Positions 55,217 through 63,546 of a stretch of 64,000 nt of DNA are shown here, in pieces. The notes below the pieces were generated by a model that did not search any database, was not told the origin of the DNA, and was given only the letters and a program-made list of their open reading frames with translations. The stretch lies in contig DMZI01000065.1 of assembly GCA_003485325.1 (NCBI GenBank), positions 506 through 64,505 of the forward strand, written 5' to 3'. Position 1 is the stretch's first letter, and the number at the start of each line of letters is the position of its first letter. Position numbers and translations under genes: made by a program. Origin of the DNA: Desulfotomaculum sp. (GTDB lineage: Bacteria > Bacillota > Desulfotomaculia > Desulfotomaculales > Nap2-2B).

Positions 55217-56599
55217 CTAAAACCCCTCTGCCTTAAGCTGGCCCTGCCGTTGTGTCCGGATACCGTCGGCCGTGCATCCCCATGCCCGGGAGCAGCCGTC
55301 CAGGTGATCCGCGATGATGCCCTTTAGAACGCTGTCTGCCCCCTCGTGAGTCGGGCGGGCGCCGCACTCAGCCACAATCTCCCGCAGGGCCTCCGGTACA
55401 TCGATGATGGGACAGGGGCGCAAGAAGTTATCGTGGAAGGGCTGGCGCTTCTGGTAAGCCGCAAACAGCGGAGACCGCAGCACTTCCACCAGGCTTTTGT
55501 CATTAATATTGTCCACCGCGAAGTGTACGAAGGCGCATGGCTCCACGTTACCGGCGGCGTTAATGTGGAAATAGCGCCGCCCTCCGGCGATACAGCCTTC
55601 GGTCAACTCGCCGTCATTCCAAAAATCGCCGATTTGAATGGGCTTGTGGGTACGGATGTGCGGAATGCGCTCTGCCAGGTAGGCCCGCTGCTCCGGTGTT
55701 ACCATCAGGTTTACGTCGGGATTGCGGCCGATGGGGATATAGTGGAAAGTCCAGCCATAAGTGACCCCCTTGTCAACAAGGAAATCAATGAACTCGTCGC
55801 CGGTTACTTCAATTACGTTATTTCTCGTGATGGTGATGGAAACGCCGAATACTGCCCCCCTCTCCCGCAAAAGGTCCATGGCCCTCATTACTCTGTCGAA
55901 GGTACCGGCGCCGCGGCGGGCGTCGGTACAATCCTTCCACCCCTCCAGACTGATGGCCGGCGAAAAGTTGCCCGCCTCTACGATCCTGTCAGCTGCCTTT
56001 TCGTTGATCAGTGTCCCGTTGGTATAGGCCATAAAGGCCATGTCGTTATGCTTGCCCATCAGGTCGAACAGGTGCGGGTAAACCAGGGGCTCGCCGCCTG
56101 AAAACACGATCCAGTGGATGCCCAGTTCCTTAGCCTCGCTGAACAGGCGGTCCAGCCTTTCCGGACTGAGGGAGTTTTTCTGTGAATACCTGCCCGCCCA
56201 GCACCCCTCACAGGCCAGGTTACAGGCGCTGGTGGGGTCCACCAGGATAAAATTAGGTACGTTCATACCAAGTTTTTTCTCCATCATCCTCTGCTGCGGA
56301 ATGCCCTGCAGCATGGACCTGACAAACCAGTTGTAGACCAGCCGGGAACGCACATTCGGGTGGGTATTCCGGAGCAAATTGTTAATCATCGTACGGATGG
56401 CGGGATTGTTCCTGTAAGCAGCCGCCACCTTATCCGCCATATTTTTGTGCCGTTCCTGCACAGCCAGAAATCTGACCAGCTTCAGAAGCCGCATGAAACT
56501 TTTTTCCGGGTCCCTGATCATATGGGACAGTACGGTGTTCAGCAGCTGTATGGCTACAAAATCTCTTGCCGACCTCAGTTTCGGCGCTTGCCAGCGCAT
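55217..56599 (-). CDS. Radical SAM enzyme with an N-terminal helical extension and a twitch/SPASM-like C-terminal domain
   Basis: CxxxCxxC (TSACNLACEGCWAGRY), a GGEPL SAM-binding motif (FSGGEPLVY), and a partial SPASM motif (GCIAGGRRYFHINAAGNVEPCAF). It is markedly GC-rich. Confidence 0.8.
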   Translation of the reverse strand: MRWQAPKLRSARDFVAIQLLNTVLSHMIRDPEKSFMRLLKLVRFLAVQERHKNMADKVAAAYRNNPAIRTMINNLLRNTHPNVRSRLVYNWFVRSMLQGIPQQRMMEKKLGMNVPNFILVDPTSACNLACEGCWAGRYSQKNSLSPERLDRLFSEAKELGIHWIVFSGGEPLVYPHLFDLMGKHNDMAFMAYTNGTLINEKAADRIVEAGNFSPAISLEGWKDCTDARRGAGTFDRVMRAMDLLRERGAVFGVSITITRNNVIEVTGDEFIDFLVDKGVTYGWTFHYIPIGRNPDVNLMVTPEQRAYLAERIPHIRTHKPIQIGDFWNDGELTEGCIAGGRRYFHINAAGNVEPCAFVHFAVDNINDKSLVEVLRSPLFAAYQKRQPFHDNFLRPCPIIDVPEALREIVAECGARPTHEGADSVLKGIIADHLDGCSRAWGCTADGIRTQRQGQLKAEGF

Positions 56600-56744
56600 A
56601 TTACCCCTCCTCGTGCTTTACTGAAATATCATCTGTGCCATTTTTTCCTGAAAATCAACTTCACCCGCATCACCACCATCCTCCTTTATTATTTAACCCA
56701 ATTGCCCAAAATAACACAAAAGGCCAAATATCTTTATAAAAAAA

Positions 56745-57437
56745 TTAAAAGGCGCGTTCCAGGGCTTCATTCAGGAAACCCAGCAGAAGCTTTTTTTCCC
56801 CTGCGTCACATTCCGAAAGATACTGGTGAAACCTTCGTATAAAAGTGAAAGATTTGCCGTTAATGACTTCCTTCATGTTTTTTGTCATTGTCCCGATCAC
56901 CGTTCCGGCAAAGAAAATCAATGTCATTTCGGGCTTTGACGGCAACGTCAGCAGGTGCAGCAGTGTGTCGGCGCTCCTTGAACCCAGGTTTTTCAGGTAA
57001 GCGACGAGCAAGGCGATTGTATATGCGCTGAAAGTTACAGGCGTTTCAATCCTGCTCATCTCTTCCATCAGATTGTCTATAACCTTTTTGGTACCCGTAC
57101 TTTTCATATTGTCAAAAAAATCAAGCAGCTTTTCCTTAATCGCAGACCATTCTTCCAGCGGTAAGGCCTTTCCCGCTTCGGAGGAATACAATCGCAGGGC
57201 GCCGGCCGTCGGCAGAAACATGACCATCGAGCGGCCCGGGTTTTTGACTTCACGACCGACAGAGTATTCGGCACGCAGAAAACCCTGCTTTTCCAATTCC
57301 CTGAGAATATCGTAAGCTGTCCACTTGCTTACTTTAAGGGCCTCCCCCACGGTTGCGTAGTGAACCGGAAGGCCGGTCTGATGAAACAGATTAACGATCT
57401 TGTTTAAGAATTCTTTGCGGCGCCTGGTCAGTGTCAT
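56745..57437 (-). CDS. Winged-helix transcriptional regulator with an uncharacterised C-terminal domain (230 aa)
   Basis: MTLTRRRKEFLNKIVNLFHQTGLPVHYATVGEALKVSKWTAYDILRELEKQGFL is an HTH. The start is set at ATG 57437 (ggagagga RBS); the ORF track extends to 57821. Confidence 0.6.
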   Translation of the reverse strand: MTLTRRRKEFLNKIVNLFHQTGLPVHYATVGEALKVSKWTAYDILRELEKQGFLRAEYSVGREVKNPGRSMVMFLPTAGALRLYSSEAGKALPLEEWSAIKEKLLDFFDNMKSTGTKKVIDNLMEEMSRIETPVTFSAYTIALLVAYLKNLGSRSADTLLHLLTLPSKPEMTLIFFAGTVIGTMTKNMKEVINGKSFTFIRRFHQYLSECDAGEKKLLLGFLNEALERAF

Positions 57438-57616
57438 TTTCCTCTCCCCGTCATTATTTATCACCCAAAATACCAAAATATTATTTTTAACATTGTAACA
57501 GCTCCGGCTCCCCCATGTCAACGGATAAAACATGTAAATAGATAAAACCCGTATCATGCCAGGTGAAAACATTTGACCTTGTATGGTACGCGGAGTAATC
57601 AGGGTAAGCCCGGCAA

Positions 57617-57733
57617 TCAGAAATGCCCCCGCCGCCCCCGCTTTTTTTCCTCCCGCCATGCGTACAGGCCGTAACTGGCCAAGTGCACGGCAATGCCCAA
57701 CACTGCCGCCATCACCATGGCTTGAAAAAACAT
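57617..57733 (-). CDS. Possible 38-aa hydrophobic peptide
   Basis: gaggga RBS 9 nt before the ATG. The peptide is MFFQAMVMAAVLGIAVHLASYGLYAWREEKKRGRRGHF, with one TM segment and a basic tail. It falls below the ORF-track cutoff and has no homology support. Confidence 0.2.
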   Translation of the reverse strand: MFFQAMVMAAVLGIAVHLASYGLYAWREEKKRGRRGHF

Positions 57734-57833
57734 GGGCTGTTTTCCCTCTGTTGGTTTTGCGCGCTAGATTTCCAGCCCAATTGCACAATATAAAGGCATA
57801 ACGGCATGAAAAAAGCGCCAATGTGCCCCTGAT

Positions 57834-58115
57834 ATGATAAAAGTATTGGAAAATGATAGCCGTAAACTCTTTACGAAAGTACTGAATGAATATGAAGATA
57901 AGATTAAAAAAGAAGGCATTGCAGTAAGTTCGGTAATCCTAGATGAGAGTTCGGGCAAAGCAATTGTCCATTATGCAGAGAAGGAAGAATTTGATTTAAT
58001 AGTGATGGGTTCAGGCAACCGTGGAACTATAGGAAGACTACTCAATGGTCTGGGTAGTGTTTCCAATTACGTGCTTCAGCATGCTAAGTGTTCGGTCCTG
58101 ATTATTAAAAACTAA
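57834..58115 (+). CDS. Universal stress protein (UspA family), N-terminally truncated (93 aa)
   Basis: The C-terminal half is intact (DLIVMGSGNRGTIGRLLNGLGSVSNYVLQHAKCSVLIIK), but the N-terminal beta1/ATP-loop region (ILVAVDGS-type) is absent. Confidence 0.6.
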   Translation: MIKVLENDSRKLFTKVLNEYEDKIKKEGIAVSSVILDESSGKAIVHYAEKEEFDLIVMGSGNRGTIGRLLNGLGSVSNYVLQHAKCSVLIIKN

Positions 58116-58223
58116 AGAGAAAAGAAAACATGACTTATGTAGTTCCTGGTAAATAGCCCCAATTCCATAGCCACAAAAACGGCTGCGATGGCCAAAATAT
58201 TTCGATGAATCTTGAAGATCGAG

Positions 58224-58520
58224 TAGTAGGGGGCGGCAAGCCCCCGACCTCTCATACCACCGTACGAACCGTTCGGTATACGGCGGTTCATGTTGTAAAA
58301 CGAAGATAATCATACCTTTCGATTAAACTCTTCAGCCCTTGTTCTCGCCAGAAGGCGAGGCCGATGGCTTTATTTACCTGCGGAGTTTTGGACAGACACC
58401 AGTACCCTTTACGTGAGCGGCTAATGAGCGAGGCCCAATCCGTTGGAAGTTTGAAGACGGGCCAGAGCACAACGTTTTCATGATATGGGCTTTTTATCAG
58501 CGGGCACTCAAGTTGCAGTT
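58224..58520 (-). mobile_element. Group II intron 3' fragment: tail of the intron-encoded RT/maturase ORF plus domains V and VI
   Basis: Minus-strand ORF 58288-58470 ends ...SRKGYWCLSKTPQVNKAIGLAFWREQGLKSLIERY, a typical intron-encoded protein C-terminus. Domain V hairpin GAACCGCCGTATACCGAACGGTTCGTACGGTGGTAT lies at 58254-58289. A GGGGGC/GCCCCC hairpin plus CTAC (domain VI) follows at about 58226-58246. Confidence 0.75.
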
Positions 58521-58588
58521 CGCGGTTGTTTGTGTAAAGTTTGTATGAAATTTTCCTAATAATAATCTTGCGTTAGGGAGGTCAGCTG

Positions 58589-59335
58589 CTAAGCGTGTTC
58601 ATGTTCGCCTCTGCCTTCAAGCAAAGCAAGTATATGATTGTAGTATGCCGGAAAAGGCTCTTCTGCAATAACCCTCTCTCCAGGGGGAATATTGATTTCC
58701 AGAGTGTCAAGCGTTGTTGTGGGTTTTGCGGAAAGAACCAGTATAAAGTGACCCAGCAGCAGCGCATCCAGGATGTCGTGTGTGACGAAGACAATAGTAC
58801 GCGGATTTTTTATCCACATCCCGGCAACCTGTTGGACGAGTTCCATCCGCAGGGGGACGTCAAGGGATTTAAAAGGTTCATCCAAAAGAAGAAGGTCATG
58901 TGGAAATGCAAAGGCGCGGCAGAGGGCAAGCCGTTGCTTCATACCCCCGCTGAGGGTCTTGGGATAGCTGTTTCTATATTCATACAGGCCCATAGCCTTC
59001 AGATGCAGATCAATAAGTTTCTGCCGTTGGAGCATGGTTAGATCCTGCAGCACAAAAGAAATATTTTCAGAGACGGTTTTCCAGGGCAAAAGACGCGTTT
59101 CCTGGAATACACAACTTATTCGCAGATTTGCCGTTCCGGAAATATAGCCCCTGTCCGGCTGCTCCAGGCCGGTCAGAAGGTTAAGGATGGTTGTTTTGCC
59201 GCAGCCCGAGGGTCCGATCAGGCAGATAATCCTCCCCGCCGGCACAGAAAAGGAAAAATCGTCAAGCACACTGGTCTGACCGAATGATTTATAAACATGG
59301 TTAAAACCAATATAATCTAAAGGGATCACTTCCAT
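58589..59335 (-). CDS. ABC transporter ATP-binding protein (nitrate/sulfonate/bicarbonate type)
   Basis: Walker A GPSGCGKTT, signature LSGGMKQR, and Walker B LLLLDEPF. Confidence 0.9.
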   Translation of the reverse strand: MEVIPLDYIGFNHVYKSFGQTSVLDDFSFSVPAGRIICLIGPSGCGKTTILNLLTGLEQPDRGYISGTANLRISCVFQETRLLPWKTVSENISFVLQDLTMLQRQKLIDLHLKAMGLYEYRNSYPKTLSGGMKQRLALCRAFAFPHDLLLLDEPFKSLDVPLRMELVQQVAGMWIKNPRTIVFVTHDILDALLLGHFILVLSAKPTTTLDTLEINIPPGERVIAEEPFPAYYNHILALLEGRGEHEHA

Positions 59336-60093
59336 TGATTCAGTTTTTGCCGTGACAGGTAAGATAGCAGCCGATCCGTCAGAAGGCCAAGGATGATTAA
59401 AAAAATGGTCCAGGCAAACAGGGCGGCGGTTTCAAGATTTGTCCTTGCGACAGCCATCCCTGCGCCTACTCCCTGATTGACGCTGAGCAGTTCCGCCATA
59501 GCCACCGCCCTCCAGGTTGTGCCGAGAGCTGCAGCAAGGCCCGCAAAAAGATAAGGAATCACTTGGGGGAAGTAGACTTCCCTGATTATCCGCAGTTTAT
59601 CGACACGAAAAACGCCGGCCATCTGCAGCAACTGCAGGTCAACGCTTTTAATACCCTGGATTGTGTTAATGATGATCAGGGGCAGGGTGGTTATGAACAC
59701 CACAAATAATGGAACCCTTGAAAAGCCAATCCAGATCATGGCTAAAAGAAGCCAGGAGATCAACGGGGTTACCTGCAGGACAACAACCAGGGGCTGAAAA
59801 AGGCTGGCCGCAGTCTGGTTAAGGCCTATTAAAAAGCCCAGTGGTGTTCCCGCCAGGACGGCCAGTCCGAATCCAGCGAAGCCGCGGATTATGGTTTGGC
59901 GGCCCTGCTCCCAGAGAAGCCCGCTGACCGCCAGCGAAAAAAAGGAATGCCATGTTTCAATGGGAGAAGGAACTATTACCGGGTTATAAAAACCGGAAAT
60001 AAATTGCCATACTGCCAGGAATAATACCAGGCTAAAAAGAGGCGCAATATGCTTAGATTTTAAGAAAGAATTTTTCATCAGGCAGTTTTCCAC
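59326..60093 (-). CDS. ABC transporter permease (SsuC/TauC-like)
   Basis: Six TM segments with a BPD-transporter EAA-like loop (AMAELLSVNQGVG). An alternative start is at 60078. Confidence 0.85.
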   Translation of the reverse strand: MENCLMKNSFLKSKHIAPLFSLVLFLAVWQFISGFYNPVIVPSPIETWHSFFSLAVSGLLWEQGRQTIIRGFAGFGLAVLAGTPLGFLIGLNQTAASLFQPLVVVLQVTPLISWLLLAMIWIGFSRVPLFVVFITTLPLIIINTIQGIKSVDLQLLQMAGVFRVDKLRIIREVYFPQVIPYLFAGLAAALGTTWRAVAMAELLSVNQGVGAGMAVARTNLETAALFAWTIFLIILGLLTDRLLSYLSRQKLNQWK

Positions 60094-61048
60094 CTACCAT
60101 CTCCGGAGATAGTTCCAACAATCTTGTAAGATAAATTTCCACGTCATTTTTGGCTTTTTCCCCCTCAACGAATTTGAGGTGCGTTCGTTTAATACTTTGA
60201 ACAAAAACCGGAGCGGGTATTTGCAAACTGGTCTGAACCAGGGAAGCTGAACCGGCCGGGTTTTTTACGGTTTCGTCCAGTGCACTGGCATAAGCTTGCT
60301 GGAATGAGGCTAGCAAAGAAGGGTAAGAATTCGCAAAGCTGTTTCTGACAATCATTCCAGCCTGGGGTAATCCGGTATTTTTCCCTTCAACAGCCTGCCA
60401 GTTCTCGTAAAAATCTTTTACTAGCCTTGCTTTGTTGCTTTTAAGCAGCACCTGGGTTACCATCGGTTCCGGAAGAACGGCGTTTTTCGCCAGCCCGCTA
60501 ATCATCATTTTGGCAATTTCCGGCGATTCAAGGTAAGTTATCTTAAGATCATTTTCTGAAATCCCGTTTTTATGGAGAAAATAACGCGTCAGAACATCCG
60601 GAGTAGATCCTCTTGCGCCCACGTAAAGGTCTTTACCTTTAAGGTCATCCCATTTGTTTATCCCGTTTTCTGTTGAGATAAGATACAAAATACCCCAGGT
60701 ATTTACATCGGCCAGGGAGATGTCAACCTTATTGTTGTATAATTTAGCTGCCATATTTACCGGGATGATCGTGAAATCGGCTTCATTCCTGATTACGCGG
60801 GTGGTGGCTTCCTCGACAGTCTTATAGATAATCAGGTTTATTTTTACGCCTGAAGTCAGACCTTGGCCGGCCATTTTTAGAAGGGGGGCTGTTGCAGGGG
60901 CTATCGGGGCTTGAACGGTAATTTGGTCCGGCATTTTTAAGGATTCTTTTTGTTCTTTATTACCTGTTGGCGTCTTAGCGCATCCGGCAATAAGCAGCGC
61001 GATAATCAAACCGATGATTAATAAAGCTTTTTTAATCAATTTTTTCAC
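60053..61048 (-). CDS. ABC substrate-binding lipoprotein (NMT1/THI5-like)
   Basis: Lipobox LIAGC after the signal peptide, with a periplasmic-binding fold. It is adjacent to the permease and ATPase. Confidence 0.75.
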   Translation of the reverse strand: MKKLIKKALLIIGLIIALLIAGCAKTPTGNKEQKESLKMPDQITVQAPIAPATAPLLKMAGQGLTSGVKINLIIYKTVEEATTRVIRNEADFTIIPVNMAAKLYNNKVDISLADVNTWGILYLISTENGINKWDDLKGKDLYVGARGSTPDVLTRYFLHKNGISENDLKITYLESPEIAKMMISGLAKNAVLPEPMVTQVLLKSNKARLVKDFYENWQAVEGKNTGLPQAGMIVRNSFANSYPSLLASFQQAYASALDETVKNPAGSASLVQTSLQIPAPVFVQSIKRTHLKFVEGEKAKNDVEIYLTRLLELSPEMVGGKLPDEKFFLKI

Positions 61049-61170
61049 CTTCCTTCTGTCTTAATCAAGAATAGGAGTTTCAAAATTTTTCCCTTTGCGC
61101 TACGTTCGATTATACATGAATAATCGTAAACATCAAGCTATAAGGCTGTAATCTGTCATTAAAAGACTGC

Positions 61171-62238
61171 TTAAAATTGCTGATCCGGGGAGGTATGAAT
61201 TGCTCCATGTCCGTACCCGCCGGCTATACTTCTTTCTATCTGTTCCAGTTCCTCGTTCCACCAGGAATATGAATTGCTGACCTGTATTCCCGCTCTTCCG
61301 GGATAAATATCATAGTAGGACCGGTAGGGCAGGGGAGTCAGATCAGGCATTACTACATTTGCGCCCGCTTTAAGAGCAAGCCGCCTTCCGGAAGGGTGAA
61401 CCGCGGCGGTTGCGGTTGTAGCCGGCAAATGCGTCAGCGGCAGCAAGAGGCGTGTTACCGCAAGTACTTTCAAGTTTAAATATAGATCACCTGGAAGGGA
61501 ATTTCTCAAGGGTGTCTGTTGATGTGGAATAAAAGGACCGATGCCGGCCATTTCAACCTCCAGTTCCCTGAGCAGCAGGATGTCCTCAGCGACAGATTCC
61601 AAACTTTGTCCGGGCAAGCCGGTAATGTTCCCGCTTCCTACCTGATAGCCAAGTTCTTTCAGCAAACTTAACTGTTTGAGCCTGCCGGTCAGGTTTGTTC
61701 CGGGCCGCAGCCGTCCGAAAAGGAGTGGTTCACTTGTTTCGAATTTTAAAAGATAACGGTCAGCCCCGGCGAGGCGCATTTTTTGGTAAGCATCTTTTGT
61801 TAAATCGCCCAGAGAAAGTGTTACTGCGACATCCGAACATGATTTCATCCGGCGGACTAAATCAGCGATTACTTCCGGTTTATAGTAAGGATCCTCTCCC
61901 GCCTGGAGCACGATGGTTTTAAACCCTTCCCGGCTTGCATTGAAGGCGGCGGAGAATATTTCATCCACCGTCATCCTGTAGCGGGTGAGTTTCCGGTTAT
62001 CCCTTCTCAAACCACAGTAAAGGCAGTTCTTTATGCAATTGTTTGAGAACTCAATAATCGCACGCAGGTGAACTCCATTGCCCAAATGTCTTTTGCGGAC
62101 GTCATCGGCTTTTTGAAACAATGCTTGTGACTGCTCCCCCTCAGCCCGAAGTAAGGTCGCAATATCTTCTCTGGAAAGAGAATGTGTTTTTTCAGCCCTG
62201 TCAAGAATCGCGGAAAACCGGTCTTCCAGAGTTACCAC
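61171..62238 (-). CDS. hydE: [FeFe]-hydrogenase H-cluster radical SAM maturase HydE
   Basis: BioB-like radical SAM protein with CIKNCLYCGLR, about 355 aa, immediately downstream of hydF and hydG. Confidence 0.8.
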   Translation of the reverse strand: MVTLEDRFSAILDRAEKTHSLSREDIATLLRAEGEQSQALFQKADDVRKRHLGNGVHLRAIIEFSNNCIKNCLYCGLRRDNRKLTRYRMTVDEIFSAAFNASREGFKTIVLQAGEDPYYKPEVIADLVRRMKSCSDVAVTLSLGDLTKDAYQKMRLAGADRYLLKFETSEPLLFGRLRPGTNLTGRLKQLSLLKELGYQVGSGNITGLPGQSLESVAEDILLLRELEVEMAGIGPFIPHQQTPLRNSLPGDLYLNLKVLAVTRLLLPLTHLPATTATAAVHPSGRRLALKAGANVVMPDLTPLPYRSYYDIYPGRAGIQVSNSYSWWNEELEQIERSIAGGYGHGAIHTSPDQQF

Positions 62239-63523
62239 CTCCGATTGCCTCTTTAAACCTCAGAGGGATTTCATCATCATCGTATAGGTCCGGCTGCTGG
62301 TCAAAAAGAGCCAGTACCTCCGGAAAAGGAGACAACGCGCGGTGTAGAATTCCCTGTATATAAGCCATTAAGACACCGTAGTTAACCATGGGTACACCTG
62401 CTTCACGGGCCTGCAGAATACGGAAAAGCATTTCCCGCCGGTTCAGCATACATGCGCCGCAGTGGACAATAAGTTTATAATCTTTCAGATTTTCAGGCAG
62501 TGGGCCGCCTCCCGGCATAATATCGAAGCACAGTTCCGCCCCCGCCGACTGCCGCAGCCATCTTGGTATTTTTACCCTGCCGATATCATCGGCTGCAGGA
62601 TGATGCGAACAGGCCTCCGCAATTAAGATTTTATCCCCCGGCGCAAGCGCAGGTATTGCTTTCAGGCCGGCTACAAGGGTGTGAAGATCACCTTTGTACC
62701 TGGCGAATAAAACAGAGAAAGATGTAAATAACACGTTATCGGGCGTGTCGGCCGCCGCTTTGAGGTAGGCTGACGCATCGGTCACGACCAGTTTCGGGTG
62801 GACGGACATCCCCTGTATAACATGGCGAAGCTCCCTTTCCTTGACCATTACAGCAACACAATCATGTTCAAGAACATCCCTGATCAACTGCTGCTGCGGG
62901 AGAATGAGCCTTCCCCTGGGAGCGGCTTTATCGATAGGAATCACCAGGATTACAGTATCCCCCGGCGAGAGCAGATCACCTGCAATTGTAGGGGACGTCC
63001 AATCACCCGGCACGTGGTTGACGATCATCCGGAGCAATTCTTCAATCCCTGAGCGTGTGCGGGCGCTTACCTTAACCGTCGGTATTGACAGGGGATCCGC
63101 CCATTTTAAACGAGACAAATCCGGGTAAAGATCCATTTTATTAATTACGCCGATTATGGGGATATTGCGTTTCTTTGCCGTGACTAGAATTTCCTCTTCG
63201 CATTCCCCAAAACCTGCTTCAGGATCAAGAACGAGCAGGACAAGATCGGTTTTCTGAAGGACTTCAAGACTCTTTTCCGCTCTTTTGGCGCCCAGGCTGC
63301 CTGTGTCGTCAATTCCCGCCGTATCAGTGAGCAAAACCGGTCCAATGGGGAGGATTTCCATGGCTTTTTCAACAGGATCGGTAGTTGTGCCGGGCAGGTC
63401 GGCTACAATGGCAACTTCCTGGTTGGTGAGCGCATTAATCAGGCTTGATTTACCTGCATTACGCCGCCCCAAAAAGGAGATCCGGAACCGTTGGCCGCGC
63501 GGCGTCGCATTAAGATTATTCAT
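62201..63523 (-). CDS. hydF: [FeFe]-hydrogenase maturation GTPase HydF
   Basis: G1 GRRNAGKSSLINAL, G3 DTAG, NKMD, and a C-terminal cluster-binding CxH...HCxxC (EACSHHP...HCGACMLNRREM). Confidence 0.9.
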   Translation of the reverse strand: MNNLNATPRGQRFRISFLGRRNAGKSSLINALTNQEVAIVADLPGTTTDPVEKAMEILPIGPVLLTDTAGIDDTGSLGAKRAEKSLEVLQKTDLVLLVLDPEAGFGECEEEILVTAKKRNIPIIGVINKMDLYPDLSRLKWADPLSIPTVKVSARTRSGIEELLRMIVNHVPGDWTSPTIAGDLLSPGDTVILVIPIDKAAPRGRLILPQQQLIRDVLEHDCVAVMVKERELRHVIQGMSVHPKLVVTDASAYLKAAADTPDNVLFTSFSVLFARYKGDLHTLVAGLKAIPALAPGDKILIAEACSHHPAADDIGRVKIPRWLRQSAGAELCFDIMPGGGPLPENLKDYKLIVHCGACMLNRREMLFRILQAREAGVPMVNYGVLMAYIQGILHRALSPFPEVLALFDQQPDLYDDDEIPLRFKEAIGGGNSGRPVFRDS

Positions 63524-63546
63524 TTTTACCCCACCTTAGATGATGT

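Noticed and set aside
55346-56101. 251-aa plus-strand ORF antisense to the radical SAM gene.
   Set aside because: The high GC content suppresses stop codons on the opposite strand. The minus strand has the CxxxCxxC and GGEPL motifs, and the plus-strand product shows no motifs.
56629-56679. Tiny ORF (MRVKLIFRKKWHR, or 16 aa from the upstream ATG) with an AGGAGG RBS just upstream of the radical SAM gene. It was considered as a RiPP precursor.
   Set aside because: At 13-16 residues with no Cys/Ser/Thr core, it is too short and featureless to support a precursor-peptide claim. At most it could be a leader ORF.
57438-57821. 128-codon N-terminal extension of the regulator ORF (ORF track 56745-57821).
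   Set aside because: The extension (MALFSCRYAFILCNWAGNLARK...) has no RBS and no recognisable fold. A good RBS plus ATG at 57437 starts exactly at the wHTH domain.
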